The notes under the pieces: generated by a model | What the model saw: only the letters and a program-made list of their open reading frames with translations | The model's database searches: none | Told to the model about the DNA's origin: nothing | Translations under genes and position numbers: made by a program | Shown here: in pieces, positions 42,925 through 57,169 of the stretch | Layout: the number at the start of each line of letters is the position of its first letter | Numbering within the stretch: position 1 is the first letter of the stretch | Source of the DNA: Octopus vulgaris | Lineage: Eukaryota | DNA length: 64,000 bases | Assembly: GCA_951406725.2 (NCBI GenBank) | Contig: OX597821.1 | Span: 70,804,001 to 70,868,000 of the forward strand | Reading direction: 5' to 3'

Positions 42925-43149
42925 ACACCAATTTTGGTGCAAAGTGTAAAGATTAACCATCTTTAGGGATAGTGATGGTAATCATGTTCCCCACTGTGTT
43001 CCCCTCTCTTTCTCCTCCTCTCTCTTTTTCTCTCTATCTCTCCCCCCCCTCTCTCTAAAACCCCGCACTAAAAATTCCCCTCTCTCCTAGAATGGAAACC
43101 CTTTGAAATTTTCCTTTTGCATACATTTTCTCCATAATGTCAAACGACA

Positions 43150-43340
43150 GAACTTCCAGCTTAATGCCAACTCCATCAATCGCATCATTCTTGTAGAATA
43201 TTGGATGACCAAGGGCGCCACTACTTCGTTCATCTAATTCATTGATTTCCAACAGAGGTACATATCAACACGACTACAGTATGGCGTGGAGAACTGATGT
43301 CGTTTAGGGCTCCGGATTTGTTCCGGTTCTCTTCAGTCGC
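43150..43340 (+). pseudogene. Possible LINE RT remnant
   Basis: TDVV*GSGFVPVLF resembles SGVPQGSVLGPxLF; heavily decayed. Confidence 0.35.
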
Positions 43341-44618
43341 AAACTTCAACTTTGCCTTTCAACAAATCAACTTACATGTCCTACATGAGTGATGCATGGG
43401 AAATGGAGGGATACCGGAACTCAAGCGGCATTGAAAATAATGATGAATATATCGATGGATATATCGATGAGTAGGAGGTAAAAAAAGCCTCGTTAGAGGG
43501 TTTGAAACCTCATCTTATTGTATTATTTGTAGTGGTTTATAACCTCAATTGTGTGTTTAAAATAAAAAACATGCTAAGTAAGAGGTTTTTGTGTCTCCTT
43601 CTTGTAAGAGGTTTGAAACCTCATACTGAGTTTTTAAAAAAAGAAAATATGTTTTCGAGAAAAATCCAATCGGCGGGTATTGGGTTTCGTCTCTGATTTA
43701 TTCATTTTATTTCATTTTCATTCATTTATGTGTTTGTCCAGCCCGCAAAGCTACACAATCTTTGTATTGTCTTTATGACAAATTTTATGAAATAAAGTAT
43801 CAACCCTATACTAAAATCGTTCTTTTGTCCTTTTCACTGTCTCTCCCTCTCCCTCTCTCTCCCTCTCTCTCTCTCTCTATCTATCTCTCTATCTATCTAT
43901 CTGTCTGAGAATCATATAAGTCGAAGGGATCACGAAAGGACCCTAACCCTTTCACCAATTCTATATGATCTTATGAAGACAAAAAGAGAAAGAAATGGAC
44001 GTATGGACGATTAGAATGATGCCTTACCTGACTCTTCACTTTATCAACCTTGCAAGAACGAGAAAGCAAAGTGAACACAGAAAAAAAATGTGTCCGGGTT
44101 AAAAAGGCAAAATATACGTGGATCGGTGTCCGGATGCGAACACCGATCTTCCGATTGGATATTTCGTATCAATTTCAGATGTTCACGCTCGAACTGATTA
44201 TGTTTAAGGGAAATAATTGATGACTGTAAACCTGGTGGACCACGTGGGTGTTTTGTCATCAGGTGGCACCACAAATACAAAGAGAACGGACAATAAACGT
44301 CTGGTGTAGCTTGTTCATGAAGCACAATTTCACCTCCTTCTTTGACAAACAATATTGAAGATCTAACGTTGTGGATAGAAGTGGGAATGGGGTGGGGTGG
44401 GGGTTGTAGAAATAAAGAGAGAAATAGATTAATTAAGGATGGGAAGGGGAGACTAAAGTAATATGTGAGTGAGTAAAGAGAAAGAGAGGGGGAGAGAGAG
44501 AGAGGGGGAGAGAGAGAGAGGGTGGTGTGAAAGAGTAGGAAAGAGAAATATGAAGTGGAAAGAAGAAGAAAGTGAGAAAGCGAGGGAAATTCAAAGAAAG
44601 TAGAAACAGATGGAATGT

Positions 44619-44658
<40 letters not shown>

Positions 44659-44808
44659 GAAGTGAGAAGAGGGTAGGTGAGAAGGGAAGAATTCAGAATG
44701 AGTGAGGTTTACTTAAGAAAGATGGGTGGATGGCGAAAGGTGGGGGGGGGTAATAATGGACGATGCATCGCAATAAAACTCAGGAGAGATTATGTATGAT
44801 AGATAGAT

Positions 44809-44851
<43 letters not shown>

Positions 44852-44912
44852 GACAAACTGAAAGAGAGAGGTAAAGATAGAGAGAGAGAGAATGAGAGAG
44901 AGAGAGAGAGTC

Positions 44913-44951
<39 letters not shown>

Positions 44952-44974
44952 TAGACAGAATGAAAGAGAGAGGT

Positions 44975-45024
<50 letters not shown>

Positions 45025-45874
45025 GTAAGTAAATATTTGAAGCCTCCATAAAAATCATCACGACGAAATAGCAGCCGTGTGGTTACTAAGTTTGCTGCAT
45101 AACCTTGAGGTACCGGGTTCGATCCTCTGTATCTTCTACAAATAACGCTTAACATGATTTGGAGTCGACCTGAACAAAGTCAGTGAATTTTGATAAATGA
45201 AAATTGCGCAGGTATCCTGTGGACGGATTGTAACGGTTTTTGAGTGGAGTAGAAATCCGTATCTTGGTTGAACTGCACACCATTTGGCTGCCTTTAGCGG
45301 AGCTCACAGCAGTGCTAGGGTTTGAAAATGGCAGCGCGTCTGAGGCTAACCGGCGGGTACTAGTTTATTCTTCTATATGCATAAATACACTCTCATAATC
45401 ACGGCTGGGCCTTCATGCCAACAACAAATATACGCACTCACTGCTTCTCTTTCACTTCCTTATTTGTCAATTGATTAGCCACTTAACCAATTAACTAGTG
45501 GATAGTTTAATTAATCAGTCTGTCAATCAATTAAGCAGCTAGTTTCGTCAAAGTCGTTTCGTTGCCATTGACAACCTCATCAATGACTTATCCTCCCATG
45601 TCCAGGTTAGACTAAAATCGCCGTGGCTACAGACCTGGCCGAGTGGTTAAGAATTTAATTTCACAATCATGAATGGAATATATATAAAATTCAAACTCCA
45701 ACTGGTGTCCGAGATTATATGGAAATCTCAGTGATGGGGTGTAGCTGTAATTCGAAAGTCCAACCATGGCAAACACTGTGACACGTGGGGTTAGGACTGG
45801 GAATTAAATTAAGGGTACAAATATGTTAATTAAAGGTTATACGTTGATTTAGTGATCTGTTATTACACACACAA

Positions 45875-45923
<49 letters not shown>

Positions 45924-46411
45924 ATCTCATATATTGATTCAATGGAAATAAAGGAGATGATAGCTGAGCCCTGGTGTGGTCGCTCGCTCGTCGTGCAAGA
46001 TATGGCAACCAAATTTACCTCATAATCAAACTCCATCGTTTAAAATATTCTGAATAATTTACTTCAAGAAACATTGAAAAAATTACCTTCTTACAGTCAT
46101 GGCTGGAATACCTTTTGATCACAGGTACTGGTCGATTAGCACTGACCTAGTGCTAAACAAAAATTTCAACACAAACGAGAAATTCTAAAGAAAGGAAAGC
46201 AGAACCTAAGAGAAGGTTATTTATTAGAGAAGAAGAAAAGTGATTCATATCTCATAGAAGTTAGCTTTGTCCTTACAAAAAGGAGAGCAAACGGTTGTTC
46301 TTTTAAAATTCGTTTCAAATTGTGAACTTTTAAACGAAAAAGCATAATTGAATTAAAGGCGACAACAAAAATTTGCTAAACAAAAATAATAATGTTATTG
46401 ACGACGACGAC

Positions 46412-46467
<56 letters not shown>

Positions 46468-46581
46468 CAATAGAGAAGGAAGAGGAAGAGACCGATGAGG
46501 ATGAGGACTGTGATGAACATTAAGTCGATAACAATAACAATACAACAATAATATTAATGACAAGCATAATAATAAGACAAC

Positions 46582-46663
<82 letters not shown>

Positions 46664-47096
46664 TAATAATATTTGTAATAAAGATAATAATGATAAACTA
46701 AATATAATTAAATTAAAACAGGAAAACTAAGATCCCCTCCCCACACACAAATACAAAGAGAAAAGTGATAATTTCATTATCTCTTGTAGGGGTGTATTTT
46801 TAGCTAAAAATTCTAAAATTCCATACAAAACTGAATGGTCAGGAAATAATGAAAACTGTTCTTTATGATCTTTACATTAAATTCATCAACCCCAAACAAT
46901 TACGGGTGTGTTAATGCCTGTAAATTTCGCTTTTTTGTTTTTGTTTCTGCTACTGTTCGTGCATATACATACATAAATACATATATACATACACATATAT
47001 ATATATATATATGCATGTTTATATAATATATGTATATATGTGTGTGTGAGTGCGTCTATATATCTATATATACATTCTATTCACATATATATTTGC

Positions 47097-47158
<62 letters not shown>

Positions 47159-47776
47159 ACATACACATATATATATAAATACATATATATGTGCATGTTT
47201 ATACAATATATGTATATATATGTATATCTATGTGTGTGTGTGTGCGTTTATCGATCTATATATACATTCCATTCATATATATATATATATACGTTTACTC
47301 ATTGTATGTTTTCTCAGTTTAACAAGATCTTCCTTCTCTCTTTTCATCCACAGAATATTAATTGATTCATTAGACTCAAAGGACATTAAAAGGATTTACT
47401 GAAGGGCAAGCGAAGCTCTTCCCAAATTTAGAGATATGATAATCAGCCCCGCTTGCCTTTCATTAGGTTCGATGTAATAAACCTATTTAGCAGGAAACAA
47501 AATAAAGAACTATTTAACATAGACACGGTAAACAAAGTGTTTCTCTTTAAATCGTAGTATTTATGTTTTTATCACCTCCGTTCTCGTTATCGAACTCTTC
47601 TCTCCGTCTCTCTCCCTTTCCCCTCGCTCTCCCCCCCTTCTCTCGCTTCACCTTTTGCTTTCTTCTTGTTTATGTAGTTACATATTTAAGTCATTCAAAC
47701 CCGTTTGCTTTTTCTCATTCTCTTCTCTGCACACATATATGCACATATACACACACATACATGCATATAAATATAT

Positions 47777-47824
<48 letters not shown>

Positions 47825-48744
47825 TTGTATATATATATATATATATATATGTTTGTGTGTGTGTGTGTATGTATGGTTGTGTATATATATACATATACAT
47901 ATATACACGTATAAATGTATGTGTATATACGTGTGTTGTACATGTATGCATATGTTTATATTTATGTGTGTGTGTGCGTGCGTGCATGTATGTATGTATT
48001 TCATCTGCAACTTTCTAACAATCTTCCTGCAGGGGTTAGAATATTTCGGTTCCATTCTTCTCTTTTAAATTTAATCCCCTCTAACCATTTTTCTTCGCAG
48101 AATTTTTTTCTTTCCTTCTCTCTTTCTTTCCCACTCTCTCTTTTTCCGTTCTCTCTCTCCCACACTTTCTTTTCCTCTCCCCCTCCCTCTGTCTTTCTCG
48201 CTAATCTTTATCACTCTTTCTTTTTGGCTCTCCCACTCTCTCCCTCCCTCTCTCTCTCTCGCTCTCTTCCTTTTTCATTCACCTTCTCTATTTCACTTTC
48301 CTATTTCATTCTCTCTTTCTCTCCGTCTCTCTTTATTTTCCTCTATTTTCTGTTTTACCATTCCATAAAATCCAAGCATAACACACAAACACAAGCACTA
48401 ATACACACACACGCACACACATACTCGCACACACCTTTAAACATTCTAATGAACACACACATACAAGTACACAACCAAATACACACGCACGAGCGCATGC
48501 TCGTCGTTTTCACATATTTTACCCAAGATTTCATATTTCAAGTAATTTCAATTTCATACTCCCTGACTACTCCTCTTTCTTCTCCTATTTAATATTGTCT
48601 CCTCCTACAAAGTTGGTTTTATTCTCAATATAAATCCGCACATCCTCGATCACGCCCCATTTCCAGGGTTGGCATGGAATCCTCAGCGCCACCATCACCA
48701 CCATCATCACTATAATAAGAATTCTCGCCACTTTGCCGCATAAA

Positions 48745-48954
48745 TAATAATAATCCTTTCTACTGGAAGCACAAATTTGGGGGAAGGGATTAAGTCGATT
48801 ACATCAACCCCAGTGTGTAACTGGTATTTAATTTAATCGACCCCGAAAAGGTGAAAGGTAAATTCGACTTTGGCGGAATTTGAACTCAGAACGTAAAGAC
48901 TGACGAATTGCCGTTAAGTATTTTGGCCGGCGTGCTAACGACTCTGCTAGCTTC
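48745..48954 (-). mobile_element. SINE family B
   Basis: Reverse complement of the family B head and Nin/Deu-type domain. Confidence 0.85.
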
Positions 48955-49482
48955 TCATCATTATCATCCTGATCAACATCATGATTGTCATCTTCATCAT
49001 TATCGTCATCCTCATCATCCTCATTATCATCATTATCATTATGCTCTCAGTGTTTCTGTCGCCTTCAATATTATCATCTTTACCAACATTTTTCTAATCG
49101 TCGTCATCATCATCATTATCACTATCAACACCACCATACGGCATTCCTCCTCCTTCTCCTCCTAATCCTCCTCCTCCTCCTCATCATCATCATCATGTAC
49201 CAACGCCACTAACGGTGTCATCGTAATATGGTAGCCAACGTGTCTTCGTTCGCTTCCTTTTTAATATAAACCGACCGGTAATAAATCTATAATTGTTTAC
49301 GGCTTTCAACGTTTCATGCCTCATTATTTTGCCGACCAATGAGTTAATTCTTTCAGTATCTCAAATACTTTATCGGGAATCTCAACACAAAAACTACACA
49401 ACTAAACTATACTCAAGACAAAATTTCAATATCATATGTATAAATATATATGTGTATATAAATATGTGTGTGTATATGTATG

Positions 49483-49538
<56 letters not shown>

Positions 49539-49615
49539 AGTGTATGTATGTATATATATATATCATATACATGTATATGTATATATGTGTGTGTGTGTAT
49601 ATATATATATATATC

Positions 49616-49646
<31 letters not shown>

Positions 49647-49678
49647 TGTATGTATATGTATATGTATATATATGTGTG

Positions 49679-49718
<40 letters not shown>

Positions 49719-49721
<3 letters not shown>

Positions 49722-51004
49722 TGTTATCGCCATATTAATATGGCAGTCTTATAGATATAAGACTAAAAGCTGTCGCTGATTAGCTCCATGAGGCCATCGC
49801 CTTAAGATAGCTATTTGACACACAAACTGTGTCCATTATAACCTTCGAACAAGGGAGGTCAGCCGCTTCACACTGCTAGTCTGTATATATGTATGTATGT
49901 ATGTATTGTTGAAATTTATAGAAAAGAAAAAGACGAGGACAAGTGTGGGAACAACAAGAGAGTGTATTAGTTTGATGCGCTCGGAAAAAATGAAAATATC
50001 TTTTACGTTTCGAGCCTGTGGTCTTCAAGAGAGAGGAATAAGAGAAAATAAAGCAGAGATCCAAGGATCAAGGCGTTGGGCGTTAGTAAGCTTCGAAATG
50101 TGTGAAGCGGCTGACCTCCCTTGTTCGAAGGTTATAATGGACACAGTTTGTGTGTCAAATAGCTATCTTAAGGCGATGGCCTCATGGAGCTAATCAGCGA
50201 CAGCTTTTAGTCTTATATCTATAAGACTGCCATATCAATATGGCGATAACAATTAATTTCCAGTAACGCTGCCGTAATCTCTTTTAGAGAGACTTAGTAA
50301 TTTTAATATTTCTATTATATATATAGGTATGTATATATGTATGTATGTATGTATGTATTGTTGAAATTTATAGAAAAGAAAAAGACGAGGATAAGTGTGG
50401 GAACAACAAGAGAGTGTATTAGTTTGATGCGCTCGGAAAAAAATGAAAATATCTTTTACGTTTCGAGCCTGTGGTCTTCAAGGGAGAGGAATAAGAGAAA
50501 ATAAAGCAGAGATCCAAGGATCAAGGTGTTGGGCGTTAGTAAGCTTCGAAATGTGTGAAGCGGCTGACCTCCCTTGTTCGAAGGTTATAATGGACACAGT
50601 TTGTGTGTCAAATAGCTATCTTAAGGCGATGGCCTCATGGAGCTAATCAGCGACAGCTTTTAGTCTTATATCTATAAGACTGCCATATCAATATGGCGAT
50701 AACAATTAATTTCCAGTAACGCTGCCGTAATCTCTTTTAGAGAGACTTAGTAATTTTAATATTTCTATTATATATATAGGTATGTATATATGTATGTATG
50801 TATGTATTGTTGAAATTTATAGAAAAGAAAAAGACGAGGACAAGTGTGGGAACAACAAGAGAGTGTATTAGTTTGATGCGCTCGGAAAAAAATGAAAATA
50901 TCTTTTACGTTTCGAGCCTGTGGTCTTCAAGAGAGAGGAATAAGAGAAAATAAAGCAGAGATCCAAGGATCAAGGCGTTGGGCATTAGTAAGCGTCGAAA
51001 TGTG
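49719..51004. repeat. About 2.4 near-identical 450-bp tandem units preceded by a 154-bp inverted copy
   Basis: Unit marker ttgaaatttatagaaaag at 49909, 50361 and 50810; 49719-49872 is the reverse complement of 50101-50254. Confidence 0.92.
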
Positions 51005-51433
51005 CTTAGAAAGTATTTAAAAAAAACAGCTTTCAGGGACGATGATAGTGTTTTGGCGTAGAAGGTTGTAATTTTTTCCCATATCGAAATTTGATAAGCT
51101 GAAAACAGTTGTTTTATAGTTTACGGTTAGCAACTGTGGTTGCTATGTATGCGAATGAAAATTCAAATTGAGGTAATGGAACAGGTAAAATCCAGGCTAG
51201 CAGAACCACAGAAGTAATAATTACTCAACACGGAGTACTCCACTAGCTACTCATTAGGCTGAAGGTACCTTAGTTAAAAGGATCCCAAGTTAACTCACTA
51301 GAGATTTTTACGTCCAGGATTCTGCTAGAAAACATATGTAGCCAGGATTTTACCTGCTCTATTTCTTCAATTTTAATATGTGTATATATATATATATATG
51401 TATGTATATATATACATATATATATATACATAC

Positions 51434-51489
<56 letters not shown>

Positions 51490-51519
51490 ACGAAGGGTGC
51501 TAAAAATGTATATATATAT

Positions 51520-51725
51520 AGGCGCAAGCGAGGCTGTGGTAAAAAGCTTACCTCCCAACCACATGATTCCGGGTTCAGTCTCACAGCAGGGTGCCTCGAG
51601 CAAGTATCTTCTACGATAGACTCGGGCGGACTAAAGCCTTATGAGTGGATTAAGTTGTTGGAAACTTAAAAGAAGCCTGTTATACATATATATGCATGTG
51701 TGTGTGTCTTTACGTTTGTTCGTCT
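51520..51725 (+). mobile_element. SINE family A, 5' half
   Basis: aggcgcaagcgaggctgtggtaa..gggttcagtc..gcaagtatcttct. Confidence 0.8.
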
Positions 51726-51746
51726 GCATGTATGCATGTACATATG

Positions 51747-51811
<65 letters not shown>

Positions 51812-51859
51812 GGACACACACAGGGAGCGTAACATATTTGAGAACGGATTTATGTTTAC

Positions 51860-52100
51860 AAAAAACAGACATATGATAATAGATAATAGCATTATTTATC
51901 AAAAAATGTTATGAGGATAAAAATAGACCTTCTTTTCTATAATTCTATTCAATAAAGCCACCTTCAGCTTCAACAACTGCTTCTGTATGAGATCTAAATC
52001 ATCTACATGCTCGAATCAAATTGTCCTGGTTCATTTTGGACATTACTCTGACTATGGCAGCTTTCAAAGAACTTTTGGTGTTTTGGGTGTGTTCATTGAC

Positions 52101-52144
<44 letters not shown>

Positions 52145-53060
52145 AACAACACTCCACATGTAATAGTCCTATGGATTGAGATCTGGAGAATTAGGGGGCC
52201 AGATGTTAGGGGTTATGTGATCATGAACATTTTCAACCATCCATTCTTATGTTACTAGAGCCATGTGTGGTAATGCAGAGTCTTACTGAAGCACATATGC
52301 CCTTCCATAGCATGTACTGTCTATCCAGGGCTTAATAATTATTTCCAGGACCTCAATGTAGGCGGTAGAGTTAACTCTAAGGCCTTGGGGAAAGAAGTAA
52401 GGAGGCATCACATGTCTTTCATTGCTGACAAGTCCTAAAACTATGACAGTTACAGGAAATTTTGTATGCACGACACTTGGAACTTCAGAATGGGCTGCCC
52501 ATAACCATCTGTCATTTCTTCTAACGTATTGATTTTGTTCAAAATTTTTCTCATTTGAGAAAAACCAAATCAAATCTTCTGCTGGATTTTTCAGTTTGTT
52601 TAAGAACCTTTTAGATCTGATGTAGTGATTTTCTTTTGCTTTTTCGGACAAATTCACCTTTCCTCATCACATAAGACTTATATCCGCTGTCTTTGTGGAC
52701 AACATTTTTTACTGTTCTTTTTGACACATGGAGATCTTTTGCAATTGAACTCATGGACTTTCTGGGGTTGTAATCAATAGTCTGTTGAACTTGCTGGATA
52801 CCTCCAGGTGTTCTGATGATTTCAGATTGTTTGGATGCTTTTAATGCTAAATACTGGTGATACGTTTCCATCTTCAGTCTCTAGCTCCTTACAAACTTTG
52901 TAGACGAAAGACCTGGCAACTTTTAAAAACCGAGATATTTCTAAATCGCAATGCTCAGCCTTTATAACCACAATAACCACAAATCTGAAACAAAGATTAT
53001 ATAGAGTTTGCAAAAAATACAGCAATGCCCCAAAAAAGGTATGTCATAGACACACACGAC
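51860..53060 (-). pseudogene. Decayed DD37D (maT-type) Tc1/mariner transposase
   Basis: WFFSNEK..Q*DSALPH..WPPNSPDLNP*DYY; I count 37 residues between the 2nd and 3rd catalytic D. Stops and frameshifts present. Confidence 0.88.
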
Positions 53061-53179
53061 ATAATAATCCAACTGACTGTTCCAATTCTCAACGCTTTTC
53101 ATTACATCTCAACCAAACTTTGTTGACTTTCAACGTAAGTTGAATTTAACGTACGACAGTGTCTTATAAAGCTAGATTT

Positions 53180-53692
53180 TTAGAGTTCTATATTTAAGAG
53201 ATGAGGAATTATGTATATTATTTACATTATTTACCTTCGACGGATATTTGTCCTCATCTTGTTTGTTATTAACACAACGTTTCGGTTGAAATACCCACCA
53301 GCCTTCATCAGATGTTTTGGGGAAATTTCGAACCTGGGTTCTCATTCCTAAGGTATTTTTCGATGTTATTATTTCTCTATATGTCTCTATTGAAGTCTGA
53401 TGTCGGCTCCATACCGATTAAATAATACAGTTCTATAGTTAAAAGATGAGGAATTATGTACATTATTTACATTTAAATATAGAGCTGTATTATTGAATCG
53501 ATATGGAGCCGGCATTAGACTTCAATGGAGACATATAGAGAAATAATAACAGCGAAAAATACCTTAGGAATGAGAAACCAGGTTCGAGATTTGCCCAAGA
53601 TACCTGATGAAAACTGGAGAGTACATCAGCCGAAACAATGTGTTAACAACAAATAAGATGGGGACAAATATCCGTCAAATGTAAATAATGTA
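53180..53692. mobile_element. Fold-back element built from a 245-bp HHR unit, with 12-bp TSD
   Basis: TSD aaagctagattt at 53168-53179 and 53693-53704; direct repeat 53186-53228 / 53431-53473; inverted arms of about 210 bp; HHRs on both strands. Confidence 0.85.
53271..53316 (-). ncRNA. Minimal type I hammerhead
   Basis: Minus strand: AACAU CUGAUGA A GGCUG guggguauuu CAACC GAAAC GUU GUGUU. A mutated inverted copy lies at 53599-53644 (+). Confidence 0.7.
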
Positions 53693-53913
53693 AAAGCTAG
53701 ATTTATACATCCTAAATTTGCAGAAGGGTTTGTCGTTGGGGCAGTTTAGCTTAATGATAAAATACTTGACGCGTAATTACAGGCATGTGAGTTCGAGTCT
53801 CATGACTGGCCGCCGACAGATTTTTCTGCTAAATATGGAGAGTTTATCCTGTTCATGCTATATTATTAGCAATATCCTGCGTTTGAGAATAAAATTATTT
53901 CTTTATCTGTATC

Positions 53914-53950
<37 letters not shown>

Positions 53951-54084
53951 CATGTTTATACGTTTTATTAATAATCTGAAGTTAATGAGTGGCTCAAGGT
54001 CCAAGAGATTTGTTCATTGGTACTTAGCAGACACGTGTGTTACGTGTGTAAACACATATATATGTATGCGTATATAAGTATATG

Positions 54085-54163
<79 letters not shown>

Positions 54164-54931
54164 ATATATACATACATATACACACATACGTGAATGTCTG
54201 TGGAGGAAGTGCACTTACACATTTTGGTCATAGCTTTACGGGTGTAGTGATCACGATGCGCTGTTATTATAGGTTGTAGATTTAGACGGAAGGAAAAGAG
54301 GAAAGAAAAAACGACGAAATGGCAGAAGCGAAGAAGAGAAAAGGGAAAAGTTCTGAAAGTCAAAATAAAAGGGAGATAAACGAATGATAGAATTATTGAA
54401 GAGACTTTTAGGCCTTATATAATAGAAATTCCAGCCAAATTAAACGGACGCGAGTGAGTAAAGCAATTAAAGACCCATTAGCTCTTATTGGTTGTTTAAT
54501 TATTAGACTTGTAACCGTAAATAGGTTACTTTTACTTGTAATCGTTTATCAAATGTAGTTGTAAACATGTAAACATGATCCTTAATTATCTTAAAACATG
54601 TCCGACTGTATTTAGGAAGTTGTAGCAATAATAGTCGGCGCACAGGTAACGCTTTTCTTGGCTGTTTATTAGACTAACGTAAATACATTTACGAAAGATG
54701 AACCCCCGAGTTAAGGAAGGTTAATTAGTAAATATAATTAAGCCAATTAGTTAAAACTGACTCTGTATATCACCGTGCAAATAATGACAGATTAGTTTGT
54801 AAACATGGTATTGCTGTTGTTGTTGCTGTTGGTATCGTCGTCGTTGTTGTTGAACCAACTGGTGGACTGCCGTACTAAGCTTATGACAAGTTATCACGTT
54901 TACATACATACACTCCACCACCACATATATA

Positions 54932-55053
<122 letters not shown>

Positions 55054-55059
55054 AGTTCG

Positions 55060-55235
55060 TTAGCCACTACACACATTTTTTTCTCTCCTTGTTTTTTTCT
55101 GTGTCCCTTTCTGTAGGAAAGCTTAGGCTCGAAACGTAAATGACTTTTTCTATTCCTGAGCGTTATACTAATACATCTGTTTGTTTTGTGCACCACCTGT
55201 TTTGTTTTGTCTTTTGTTTTGTTTCTTTTCGTAAA
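55060..55235 (+). mobile_element. Copy of the 22070-22243 family with decayed HHR-like motif (55107-55142)
   Basis: cttt ctgtagg a aagc ttag gctc gaaac gta aatg. Confidence 0.6.
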
Positions 55236-55255
55236 CTCTCTCTCTCTCTCTCTCT

Positions 55256-55325
<70 letters not shown>

Positions 55326-55694
55326 TCGGATGTGTATGTGTTTGTGCCTGTGTGTGTGTTTATGTTCAGTTATAATTAAAATAATATTACATTAATCTAA
55401 TGGGTCACTAAATACTTTTGTAGTCTACAATTTTATTATTCTTAAACAAGAATATTACTGAAAGCGACTTCGAAGTTTCCGCCAGTTATGTATATCAAAC
55501 TGCAATTTGGTTCTTGCAATACTGTCTATTTACAGAACAACACTCGATGTGGGACAGAATCGTAAGAAATTGATTGCTCATATATAATTCTTGTGATTAA
55601 ACCAAATAAATATACACATATGCAAACATTACATACAGGCGTATATATGTATACATACACTCATGCGCGCGCGAACACACACACATATATTATA

Positions 55695-56114
55695 CTCTTT
55701 ACTCTTTTCTCTCTTTTACTTGTTTCAGTCATTTGACTGCGGCCATGCTGGAGCACCGCCTTTAGTTGAGCAAATCGACCCCGGGACTTATTCTTTGTAA
55801 GTCCAGTACTTATTCTATCGGTCTCTTTTGCCGAACCGCTAAGTGACGGGGACGTAAACACACCAGCATCGTTGGTGTCAAGCAATGCTAGAGGGACAAA
55901 CACAGACACACAAACATTTACATACACATACATATATATAAACATATATACGACAGGCTTCTTTCAGTTTCCGTCTACCAAATCCACTCACAAGGCTTTG
56001 GTCGGCCTGAGGCTATAGCAGAAGACACTTGCCCAAGATGCCACGCAGTGGGACTGAACCCAGAACCATGTGGCTGGTTAGCAAGCTACTTACCACACAG
56101 CCACTCCTGCGCCT
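55695..56114 (-). mobile_element. Young full-length SINE family A
   Basis: Near-exact reverse complement of the 1832 and 2203 copies, with a repeated aaagagt-type tail. Confidence 0.92.
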
Positions 56115-56632
56115 ATATTATATATATATGTATATATAATATATATAAATGTATACATATATACACATGTATGTGTGTGTGCGTGTCTTTATATTTGTAT
56201 GTCTGTGTGCGTGTCTTTAAATGTATGTGTGTGTGTACGTGTGTAGTGCAAGAAACGGTGCACACATAGCAAGGAAATTCACAGGATATACAACGGAAAA
56301 TAACGAACGCGGACAGTGGCGCATGTGTCATTTCTTCATCAATTATCCGTTAGCTCTCATAACACTTCCGTCTTCCTCGCTCCTCTAATGTCTTGTCCAT
56401 GTTACAATTTACATTTCAAACTATCCCAAAATTCTTTACAGTACACCGTTAACTAATCAATCAATTAATCAATCGATTACTTCAGATTGTCAGTGCATGT
56501 ACTGTTATGCCACTATTATTGACCAGCTGAACTGAATTCTGTTTTGTATACGTCTAAATGACACCCCCTCTCCAAATCTATTTGGGGACACACAAGGAGT
56601 ATTTTCTTTCTCCTCTGAAGGTCTCAGAAAAT

Positions 56633-56660
56633 AGATAGATATATAGGCCGGCAGGCAGGC

Positions 56661-56699
<39 letters not shown>

Positions 56700-56750
56700 T
56701 AGGCAGACAGATAGTTAGCTAGCTAGCTAGCTAGCTAGATAGATAGATAT

Positions 56751-56830
<80 letters not shown>

Positions 56831-56871
56831 GCAGACAGATAGTTAGCTAGCTAGCTAGCTAGCTAGCTAGC

Positions 56872-56951
<80 letters not shown>

Positions 56952-56964
56952 CAGATAGATAGCT
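56633..56964. repeat. Compound (GACA)n/(GCTA)n/(GATA)n array with internal higher-order duplication
   Basis: The block taggcagacagatagttagct(agct)n(agat)n occurs twice, near 56700 and 56828. Confidence 0.9.
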
Positions 56965-57169
56965 ATGTTTGGATGTTTGTATGAATGTATACTTTTATAC
57001 GTATACATATATATACAAATATATACATACATATGTATGTGCATGGATGTGTGGATATATATACATGGAAGCATATCTGTATACGTATATACACACATAT
57101 ATACACACCCAATACCGCCGCCCAAAACCCCAACCACACATGCACACACAAACACAAACATACATATAA

